From NCBI GenBank assembly GCA_964014485.1, contig CAXHAT010000202.1, forward strand, positions 1 through 14,339: 14,339 nt of DNA. Direction: 5' to 3'. The position numbers and the translations under genes are program-made. A model generated the notes under the pieces. That model was not told the DNA's origin, did not search any database, and saw only the letters and a program-made list of their open reading frames with translations. The DNA is from an uncultured Deferribacteres bacterium (GTDB lineage Bacteria; Zhuqueibacterota; Zhuqueibacteria; Zhuqueibacterales; Geothermadaptataceae). Below, in pieces: positions 7,488 through 14,339 of the stretch; within the stretch, counting starts at the first letter, position 1; the number at the start of each line of letters is the position of its first letter.

Positions 7488-9062
7488 GTGCAAATATCCT
7501 CAGACGTCTCTTTTAGCGTAGCTCAAAAGCGCCAAACTACGATTTTAAAGGCGTGCATTTTCGCGACCGGACTTGCCGGAATCGTGGCGGAATATGTGAT
7601 GTCTACGCTGGCGAGTTACTTGCTCGGCAATCCGGTTGTGCAGTGGACGATCACCATCTCGCTCATGTTGTTCGCAATGGGCTTGGGAAGCCGTTTGAGT
7701 AAGTTGGCCGAGCGCGCCTTGCTAGATTTTTTCATTACCATCGAACTCGCCCTTTCGCTGCTCTGCGCCATGAGCGCCACTTTGATCTATTTTCTTACCG
7801 CATTTGTACAAAGCATCGATTTCTTTATCTACCTGATTTCCATTATGATCGGCCTGCTGATCGGGCTCGAGGTGCCGCTGGTCACGCGCTTGAACAGTTA
7901 TTTCGAAGAGTTGCGCGTCAATATCAGTTCGGTGATGGAAAAAGATTACTACGGGGCCTTACTGGGCGGCCTGCTCTTCGCGTTTGTCGCGCTGCCTTAT
8001 CTCGGCCTGACTTACACGCCGATTGCGCTGGGAGCAGTAAATCTCGCCGTTGCCGCTGTGTTGTTTTTTCAGCATCGTCAACAATTGCATTATCGACGCA
8101 GTTTGTCCGCCGGTTTCGCGATTTTGCCCGTTTTGCTTATTTCTCTCGCTGTTTTTGCCAAACCCATCGTGCTTTTCGGAGAGCAGCAAAATTACCGCGA
8201 CAAAGTGATTTACGAGCAGCAAACGCCCTATCAAAAAATTGTGCTGACGAAGTGGAAAAACGACTTTTGGCTTTATCTCAACAACAGCCAACAATTCAGC
8301 ACCTACGACGAAGAAAAGTATCACGAACCGCTCGTGCTCCCGGCCATGCTTGCCAGCGCCGCACGAAAAAATATCCTGATTCTGGGAGGCGGCGACGGTT
8401 TGGCGGTGCGCGAAACGCTCAAATTCAATGAGGTCGAGAGCATCACTTTGGTGGACATCGATCCGGCGGTTACGAAGCTCGGCAAAAGCAATCCGTTATT
8501 TCTCAAGGCAAACGAGGGCGTTCTTGAAGATTCGCGCGTTGAAATCGTGAATCAAGACGCCTTTACTTTTCTCGCGAACGAACGCCGCATTTTTGATGTT
8601 GTCATCATCGATCTCCCCGACCCGAAATCGCTCGGCTTGTCTCGCTTATATTCAAAACAATTTTACGAAACTATCAAAAAACGCCTCTCGCCCGGCGGCG
8701 TTGTAGTAACGCAGGCGACGAGCCCGTTTTTTGCGCAAAAGGCATTTCTGTGCATCTTGAAAACCATGGGTGCGGCTGGCCTCAATGCGCAGGCTTTTCA
8801 CAATCATATCCCAACGATGGGCGAGTGGGGTTGGGTGATCGGCATGAACGCCGGAAGCTTTTCTACAGTCGATTTGAAATCACGGCTCTTAAAACTTGAC
8901 TTTAGCGGTCTCGAAACGCGATTTTTAAACCATGAAGCGATGCGCGGCATGTTAAGTTTTGGCAAGGGCATGATGGAGCAGATTCCAGACATTGAAGTCA
9001 ACGACGAATTCAACCTCACGCTTTTTCAGTACTACACCAGCGGCGCTTGGGATTATTATTAG
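7488..9062 (+). CDS. speE: Membrane-anchored polyamine aminopropyltransferase (spermidine synthase-like)
   Basis: N-terminal multi-TM domain (ATGLAGIVAEY..LLGN, GLEVPL, DYYGALLGG) fused to a spermidine synthase domain (QTPYQKI, QFSTYDEEKYHEPLV, ILILGGGDGLAVRE, VDIDP, IIDLPDP, LYSKQFY, IPTMGEWG). Confidence 0.9.
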   Translation: MQISSDVSFSVAQKRQTTILKACIFATGLAGIVAEYVMSTLASYLLGNPVVQWTITISLMLFAMGLGSRLSKLAERALLDFFITIELALSLLCAMSATLIYFLTAFVQSIDFFIYLISIMIGLLIGLEVPLVTRLNSYFEELRVNISSVMEKDYYGALLGGLLFAFVALPYLGLTYTPIALGAVNLAVAAVLFFQHRQQLHYRRSLSAGFAILPVLLISLAVFAKPIVLFGEQQNYRDKVIYEQQTPYQKIVLTKWKNDFWLYLNNSQQFSTYDEEKYHEPLVLPAMLASAARKNILILGGGDGLAVRETLKFNEVESITLVDIDPAVTKLGKSNPLFLKANEGVLEDSRVEIVNQDAFTFLANERRIFDVVIIDLPDPKSLGLSRLYSKQFYETIKKRLSPGGVVVTQATSPFFAQKAFLCILKTMGAAGLNAQAFHNHIPTMGEWGWVIGMNAGSFSTVDLKSRLLKLDFSGLETRFLNHEAMRGMLSFGKGMMEQIPDIEVNDEFNLTLFQYYTSGAWDYY

Positions 9063-9074
9063 ACGGCGGATACA

Positions 9075-10082
9075 TTGAGAACGCGAATTTACAGGTTTTT
9101 TCGTTTATTACAGCGCGAGAATTTTTTCAAGCTTCTGGCAACTATCGCGGTTTTAATGTTTGTCAGCGCCGCCGGCGTGTCATATTTTGAAGGCGACTGG
9201 GCATATTACGATTCACTGTGGTGGAGCATCGTTACGCTAACAACGGTTGGGTATGGCGATATCTCGCCGTCTTCGCTGGGCGGACGTTTGATCGGCATTA
9301 CGATTATGCTGCTTGGCATTGGCATTTTGGGGATGCTCACCGCTTCTATTGCCAGTATTTTTGTGGAAAGAAAAATGAAGGAAGAACGCGGCATGAGTTC
9401 GTTTGATTTCAACGAGCATATTATTATTTGCGAATGGAATTCCAGAGCGCGAGCGATACTTGCGGAACTGCGCCGAGACGTTCGGAGCGCTGAAAAGCCT
9501 GTCATCCTGATTGCAAATCTGGATATTAAACCGGTCGAGGACGATGATCTGTTTTTTATCAAAGGCCGCGTTAATGAAGAAAATTTACAGCGCGCTCATC
9601 TCCAAAAAGCCGCGACCGTCATCATTTTAGGTAATGACAATTTAGACGAAGATGCCAGCGACGCCCAGGCGGTGCTCGCGGCTCTGACCGTGGAAAGCAT
9701 AAACCGGGCCGCTTATTCCATCGTTGAGCTGTTCAATGAATCCAACGTTCGCCATTGTCAGCGCGCCGGGACGGACGAGATCATCATCGGGTCCGAATTC
9801 AGCAGTAAATTGATCACGCGGGCGGCGCTCGATCACGGTATAACAAAGGTGATGTCTGAGATACTAAGCTCGAATTTCGGCAATGACTTGGTGAAAGTTT
9901 CGTTGCCGGAAGAACTTGTCGGAAAAGAATTTATTGAAGTGATGACTGAGATGAAACGTCAGCGACAAGCGACCGTATTAGGCGTGCAGAAAAACGGCGA
10001 CGTTATCTCGAACCCGCCGAGTGATTTGATCACCGAAGCGGGCGACGACCTTATCGTCATCGCGCCGCAGCGCCCGACGTAA
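9075..10082 (+). CDS. Two-TM potassium channel with RCK (TrkA-N/TrkA-C) domains
   Basis: Pore helix and filter WWSIVTLTTVGYGDISP between two TM helices, followed by a Rossmann-like RCK region (HIIICEWN, LQRAHLQKAATVIIL, AGTDEII) and TrkA-C (SNPPSD...GDDLIVI). Confidence 0.92.
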   Translation: MRTRIYRFFRLLQRENFFKLLATIAVLMFVSAAGVSYFEGDWAYYDSLWWSIVTLTTVGYGDISPSSLGGRLIGITIMLLGIGILGMLTASIASIFVERKMKEERGMSSFDFNEHIIICEWNSRARAILAELRRDVRSAEKPVILIANLDIKPVEDDDLFFIKGRVNEENLQRAHLQKAATVIILGNDNLDEDASDAQAVLAALTVESINRAAYSIVELFNESNVRHCQRAGTDEIIIGSEFSSKLITRAALDHGITKVMSEILSSNFGNDLVKVSLPEELVGKEFIEVMTEMKRQRQATVLGVQKNGDVISNPPSDLITEAGDDLIVIAPQRPT

Positions 10083-10096
10083 AATGGAATGAACCC

Positions 10097-10456
10097 ATGT
10101 CCGTGTTCTCAAGAATGTACGACATCCTGAAATCGAATATCAGCGACCGTTTTGGCCGCGACGAGCAGGATGATTTTGATCTTTATGATTTTCTCAAGCA
10201 AGAGCGTCAGCCCAACGCTCCCAGAAACGGCCGCAAGCAGCAGAACCGAGACCCGGAACTGGCCAAATTCTACGCGAATCTCGAAACGCCCTATGGCTCC
10301 GACTTGGCGACTGTCAGAAAATCTTATAAACGGCTCATGAGAAAATATCATCCGGACTTGCACTCGAAAGACCCGCGTAAAACGCAAATTGCCAATGAGA
10401 TTGTGCAGGGCTTAAATCAGGCTTATTCAGAACTTGAAAAAAGATTAGCGAATTGA
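10097..10456 (+). CDS. Small class-C J-domain (DnaJ-like) protein with C-terminal J domain
   Basis: YANLE...VRKSYKRLMRKYHPDLH...LNQAYSEL with intact HPD. N-terminal amphipathic helix and polar linker. Confidence 0.9.
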   Translation: MSVFSRMYDILKSNISDRFGRDEQDDFDLYDFLKQERQPNAPRNGRKQQNRDPELAKFYANLETPYGSDLATVRKSYKRLMRKYHPDLHSKDPRKTQIANEIVQGLNQAYSELEKRLAN

Positions 10457-10464
10457 GCTGAAGG

Positions 10465-10538
10465 TTTTTAGGCTGTAGGCTGATAGCATATTTCTCAAAA
10501 GCTAATAGCCTAAAGCCCAAACCCCTACAGTCTAAAAA
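10465..10538. repeat. Palindromic heptamer-repeat intergenic element
   Basis: TTTTTAGGCTGTAGGCTGATAGC (TAGGCTG units) faces GCTAATAGCCTAAAGCCCAAACCCCTACAGTCTAAAAA (reverse-complement units). Confidence 0.65.
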
Positions 10539-10563
10539 TAACAATTATTTAGGAGGACAAAAA

Positions 10564-10959
10564 ATGTCGGAAAACCTGGAAAGGGTCAAGGGATACTTGC
10601 TCGATCTTGACCTCAATATTACGCACGAAGACGAACCTGAAGAACTCGTCGTTGTAGAAGATGAAGAAAGCGGGATTCAAAATCTGGTCATCGATTGCGA
10701 AGCGCCGATCGTCATTCTCGAACAACAAATTATGACTGCTCCCGATGACGTCGGTGATTTTTTCAAACGCTTGCTCCAAATCAACCGCACGCTCGTGCAC
10801 GGCGCTTTTGTTCTGGACGAGGAAGGCAAAAACGTCATCTTTCGCGATACGTTGCAATTGGAAAATCTGGACTTGAACGAAGTGGAAGGCTCAATTTCAG
10901 CGCTCTCGTTGGCGCTTGCCGAAAATGCTGATGAACTTTTGGCTTACGCTAAAAAATAG
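10564..10959 (+). CDS. YbjN / CesT(Tir)-chaperone-like protein
   Basis: 131-aa acidic protein with VIDCEAPIVILEQ, KRLLQINRTLVHGAFVLDE.G..VIFRDTLQLENLD.NE. SD AGGAGG. Lies directly upstream of PspA. Confidence 0.8.
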   Translation: MSENLERVKGYLLDLDLNITHEDEPEELVVVEDEESGIQNLVIDCEAPIVILEQQIMTAPDDVGDFFKRLLQINRTLVHGAFVLDEEGKNVIFRDTLQLENLDLNEVEGSISALSLALAENADELLAYAKK

Positions 10960-11031
10960 TTGCGCGATCCAGTCGGTGCAATGTTCAAAAGAACAAAAGA
11001 GAAAATTATAAACTCATTTGGAGGATAAAAC

Positions 11032-11745
11032 ATGAGCGTATTTAGCAGGATTTTTAAAGTCGGGCAGTCGCACGCCCATTCCGTCGTGGACAAAATGGAA
11101 GACCCGATTAAGATGACCGAGCAAGGCATTCGTGATCTTAAAAAAGATTTACAAGCGGCGATGCAAAGCTTGGCTCAGGTTAAAAGTCTGGCCATTCGTA
11201 TGAAGCGGGATCACGACGATCAGAAGAAGATTGCCGGCGATTATGAGAGAAAAGCGATGCTGTTGCTGCAAAAAGCGCAAGGCGGTGAAATCGACCCGGC
11301 TGAGGCGGACAACCTTGCGACGCAGGCGCTGGTTAAAAAAGAAGAAGCTGACACGCGCGTCACGAGCCTTTCCACGGATTATCAGGCGCAGCAAAAAATG
11401 TCCGATCAATTGCAGGGCAAAGTTGAGAAGTTGAAGCAGACGATTTCAAAATATGAAAATGAATTGATTACTTTGAAAGCGCGTGCGAAAACAGCAACGT
11501 CCATGCGAAAAATCAACCAGCAATTGACAAACGTCGATTCTTCAAGCACGATTTCCATGCTTGAAAAAATGAAAACCAAGGTGAATGAAGAAGAAGCCCT
11601 GGCGGAAGCTTACGGCGACATCGGCCAGATCGGCGGCACTGTGGATGATGACATCGACAAAGCGCTGGCGGGTTCTGAACAAGTCGCTGCGTCGGATTCT
11701 CTCGCAGCGCTCAAAGCAAAAATGGGCGTCTCCGGCTCCAACTAA
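11032..11745 (+). CDS. pspA: PspA/IM30 (Vipp1/ESCRT-III superfamily) protein
   Basis: MSVFSRIF..., MEDPIKMTEQGIRDLKKDL, long coiled coil, LKARAK.A, LEKMK.KV...EA.AEA, C-terminal DSLAALKAKMG. SD GGAGGA. Confidence 0.93.
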   Translation: MSVFSRIFKVGQSHAHSVVDKMEDPIKMTEQGIRDLKKDLQAAMQSLAQVKSLAIRMKRDHDDQKKIAGDYERKAMLLLQKAQGGEIDPAEADNLATQALVKKEEADTRVTSLSTDYQAQQKMSDQLQGKVEKLKQTISKYENELITLKARAKTATSMRKINQQLTNVDSSSTISMLEKMKTKVNEEEALAEAYGDIGQIGGTVDDDIDKALAGSEQVAASDSLAALKAKMGVSGSN

Positions 11746-11750
11746 CGCTC

Positions 11751-11830
11751 GAAGTATTGGATTAATGGAGTATTGGATTGTCGCTGTTTACGGCTTCCAA
11801 TACTCCCCAAATCTTTCACTCCATTATTCA
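11751..11830. repeat. Palindromic octamer-repeat element between convergent genes (possible terminator)
   Basis: Units GTATTGGA/TTAATGGA/GTATTGGA face reverse-complement units. GGAGTATTGGA (11767-11777) pairs perfectly with TCCAATACTCC (11796-11806). Confidence 0.65.
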
Positions 11831-12585
11831 ACTCTTCTGGCGCGTACGCCGAAATCCACGTTATCCTTCACCCAGGCAAAATATTTTTTCTGTTCTTCAA
11901 TCGGCGTCTCCGGGTGAAAAATCTTCGGGTCCTTCCACGTCACCATTACTTCATCGTCCTGCGTCCAAACTTTTACACGCCTGCGAGGCACGCGCGTCTG
12001 CCAGTTCTTTCCGACAACAGCATTGGTATAAAGCAGACGCAGCGTCACGTTTCTGGAAATCGTTTCGAGCGGCTTGAGTTCCAGGCTGCGAAAATCGGTT
12101 TTGCCGTTCTTTTTGACGTCCGGCACGCCGTCGCTGAGCATAACGATTGAGACGGGACGGAGCACCAGATTTCTGTTCTTCACCGTCATCGCCACTTGCT
12201 CAAAAAACGCGTTGTAGTCTGTGAACGGATTCAATTTTTTCTTCGGGAAAATCTCACGCAACCGCGCTTCGATTTCTTCAACGGACTTATCCTGAAAAGT
12301 TTGAATCGGGTAAAAAGTCTTTACTTCATCCGCTTTTGCCCCGCCAATGGAGCCAACGAACAATGCGTTCGGTTGTTCTAAACCGCCAAGCCCGTTCATG
12401 TGCGAATAAAGATAGTGCGCCAGAAAATTGATCGAGTCGTCAAAATGTCCGCCTTTGACGAATGAACCGCTGATATCCACGCCGATAAACATCGTCAATC
12501 TCGGCTTGGGTGCGTCCCGAAAACCACAGCCGGAGATGACCGCCGCGGTCAACAAGAGAATGAGTAAACTTTTGAAATTCTTCAT
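11824..12585 (-). CDS. vWA-domain lipoprotein with MIDAS motif
   Basis: Lipobox ISGC. MIDAS elements FIGVDISGS (DxSxS), FTDY (T) and IVMLSDG (D). Confidence 0.8.
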   Translation of the reverse strand: MKNFKSLLILLLTAAVISGCGFRDAPKPRLTMFIGVDISGSFVKGGHFDDSINFLAHYLYSHMNGLGGLEQPNALFVGSIGGAKADEVKTFYPIQTFQDKSVEEIEARLREIFPKKKLNPFTDYNAFFEQVAMTVKNRNLVLRPVSIVMLSDGVPDVKKNGKTDFRSLELKPLETISRNVTLRLLYTNAVVGKNWQTRVPRRRVKVWTQDDEVMVTWKDPKIFHPETPIEEQKKYFAWVKDNVDFGVRARRVE

Positions 12586-12621
12586 TTATATTCTCCAGAA
12601 AAATCTGTGCATGAGTTTTTG

Positions 12622-12649
12622 GTAGAGACGCGATGCATCGCGTCTCTAT
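12622..12649. repeat. GTAG-type REP-like palindrome
   Basis: G-TAGAGACGCGATGCATCGCGTCTCTA-T: a perfect 26-bp palindrome (12623-12648) in a 78-nt intergenic gap. Confidence 0.8.
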
Positions 12650-12663
12650 AATTTGCATTACTT

Positions 12664-13926
12664 CTACCGGCTATACGCCTTCTGCCCGCTGGGCTCGTAT
12701 CGATTCTGCATCTTCACTGGCCGCTGCGGTTGATGGTTTTGACTCGAAGCGCGTTGTAAAAGCATGGTCGAATCGAGGATTTCCTGGAAGTTTTTAAACG
12801 GCAGTTTGAACAAGTGCGCGCCGCTGATGAGCAGGGTGCAGAAATTGATCGAAGCCGCGATGATTTGCAGTCCTGGAAGCATGAATGAGCCAAGCAACTC
12901 CTGCCCGCGATGTTTGAACCACGCCATGTCCGCCTTGACTTGATCGATCAATGTCGTTGAAGTTTTAGTTTTAACTGGTCTGTGCTCATACTCGCTGCGA
13001 TCAAGCTCAACGCCTTTACCCTTGATGATGGCGAGAATCGTTGGCGTGCCGTCGGCGGCGAACAAGAACCACGAGACGCTGCGAATGCCAAACCAGACGA
13101 ACGCCGCGATGGACAGAATGCCAAAAACGCCCAATTCGAAGTTTGAAGAATACTGCGCCAGCCAAGGCACGAGCGAATCGACGAATTCGCGATAGAGAAA
13201 CAGAACTTCCACGCCCATAACCACGAGTTCGATGATGGTCACGCCAATGATCGCACCGACGTTTTTGCTCTTGACCGCCGTAACGAAATTCGAAAGCACG
13301 GCGTAGCTGCCGAGCGCTATAAAAAACAGGAAAATGCCAAGGGGAATGCGGATCGCGTATTCGCTAAAAGTTTCGCCCGTAAGGTTTGAAAATGTATCGA
13401 GAACGAGCGGGGTCATCACATAAGTAAAGATGACGGTTTCGATGATACACCAGGTCAGCGTGAGAATGACGGCCAGCCAAGGCACGTTCGAATTCATGAC
13501 GCGCTGGCCCATGTTGCTCAGAAAGCGCAACGGCACAAGCAAAAGCTCCAACAGCACCGTCCAAACGCCGACGATGATAATTTTGGCGAATTCAAAAAGC
13601 GTGATTCCGAGATGAATGACGAAGTGAAAAATGCCGCCCCAGAACGCGACGATGGATTTCCCCAAGTCCCACCAGGTGATAAAGAGCGCGTTGATAAATT
13701 CGCGCCGGTTTTTTCGAAAGATTACGGTCAATAAACAGCCAATGCTCATCCAGAGCGCAAAAATGACAGCCATCGCGGGTAGCAAAAGAAAAAGCCTTTT
13801 CGCAACCATCAGCAGGGTCACGTCGGCAGCGCCCCAAACGTACGCGACCACCGCGCCCTGAAATAACATTGGAAAGGTCAACACCGCAACGGCGGCGTTC
13901 AGTAATTGATTGAGATCGATTTGCAT
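12664..13926 (-). CDS. Uncharacterised multi-pass membrane protein
   Basis: 420-aa ORF with many hydrophobic segments, a strong SD (GAGGAGGT) before the ATG and a polar C-terminal tail. No family recognised. Confidence 0.8.
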   Translation of the reverse strand: MQIDLNQLLNAAVAVLTFPMLFQGAVVAYVWGAADVTLLMVAKRLFLLLPAMAVIFALWMSIGCLLTVIFRKNRREFINALFITWWDLGKSIVAFWGGIFHFVIHLGITLFEFAKIIIVGVWTVLLELLLVPLRFLSNMGQRVMNSNVPWLAVILTLTWCIIETVIFTYVMTPLVLDTFSNLTGETFSEYAIRIPLGIFLFFIALGSYAVLSNFVTAVKSKNVGAIIGVTIIELVVMGVEVLFLYREFVDSLVPWLAQYSSNFELGVFGILSIAAFVWFGIRSVSWFLFAADGTPTILAIIKGKGVELDRSEYEHRPVKTKTSTTLIDQVKADMAWFKHRGQELLGSFMLPGLQIIAASINFCTLLISGAHLFKLPFKNFQEILDSTMLLQRASSQNHQPQRPVKMQNRYEPSGQKAYSR

Positions 13927-14121
13927 TTGGATACCTCCTCATCGTGTAAAATATGCAATCTCAACAGCATGACACGAGAAAAGGCAAAGGGTGGGCCAGT
14001 GATAGGGCGGGTAACTTTTTTGAGGTAAAATTAAAAATCGGAGGAGAATGAAAGCCAGTTTTCTCAGGGAAAATTTCTGAGACGCGTAAATATTACATAA
14101 CAAAAGATAGATTTTATCATT

Positions 14122-14339
14122 CTAATTTTCTCGAAGGCTTTCTATATCGGCGAGGTCTCGATGCCGCCCTGAAGATTCTTTGTTTTTAACAATATCTCTC
14201 TTCGAAATGATTGAGATTTCGATTCCTTCAACTGTCACTTCGTTGCGTCTCGTATAGCAATCTTCGAATTGAATGCGGGAAGCTTCGTTGATAACTGATG
14301 TTACGCGCAGTAAAGCATTTCCGAGACTCAACCGTAAAC
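14122..14339 (-). CDS. 3' part of a nucleotidyltransferase-like protein (runs off window end; possibly degenerate)
   Basis: The frame is open to the window edge. C-terminus FEDCY.RR.....GIEI.IISK.D...NK..SGRHRDLADIE.L is typical of the small 'GR.KD..D' nucleotidyltransferase-like family. Confidence 0.6.
   Translation of the reverse strand, partial: LRLSLGNALLRVTSVINEASRIQFEDCYTRRNEVTVEGIEISIISKRDIVKNKESSGRHRDLADIESLREN

Noticed and set aside
7132..7521. 129-aa plus-strand ORF, and a minus-strand peptide (MKTTIDAAIFIEEFFDRF) faintly like an IS630 DDE segment
   Set aside because: The ORF spans a terminator and a putative promoter and has no SD or motifs. The minus-strand resemblance is short and interrupted by stops, so it cannot be supported without a search.
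10465..11830. Short repeats considered as CRISPR or integron attC sites
   Set aside because: No regularly spaced identical repeats with spacers, no cas or intI genes, and no clear RYYYAAC/GTTRRRY ends.
11773..12150. Plus-strand ORFs of 125 and 99 aa after pspA
   Set aside because: Antisense to the vWA lipoprotein gene and starting inside a repeat element.
14062..14082. Hairpin TCTCAG-N9-CTGAGA downstream of the nucleotidyltransferase-like gene
   Set aside because: Short stem without a clear U-tract on the minus strand, too weak to call a terminator.

Overview
Bacterial genomic DNA. The intergenic REP types and protein styles suggest an FCB-like lineage such as KSB1/Calditrichota, but that is inference only. 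Left (163-3472): an intact class-III PLP aminotransferase, then a decayed zone containing an AAC(6')-like GNAT cut at a TA by an IS630 end fragment and a frameshifted, truncated secreted DNRLRE/YD-repeat gene. Centre (3635-11745, + strand): a PspA/IM30 (bacterial ESCRT-III) envelope-stress cluster of DUF4178, a basic-tailed lipoprotein, DUF350, a membrane-anchored spermidine-synthase-like aminopropyltransferase, a K+ channel with RCK domain, a small J-domain protein, a YbjN/CesT-like chaperone and PspA. A ~1.5 kb segment carrying a fasciclin lipoprotein with its own terminator splits the cluster. The most striking observation is that the J-domain protein begins with a PspA-type N-terminal amphipathic helix (MSVFSR..., the same first six residues as the PspA two genes downstream). 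This suggests a dedicated Hsp70 co-chaperone for an ESCRT-III-like polymer. Right (11824-14339, - strand): an uncharacterised multi-pass membrane protein plus vWA/MIDAS lipoprotein pair, and the 3' end of a nucleotidyltransferase-like gene. Several REP-like and short-period palindromic elements lie between genes. All family calls are by motif recognition, not database search.
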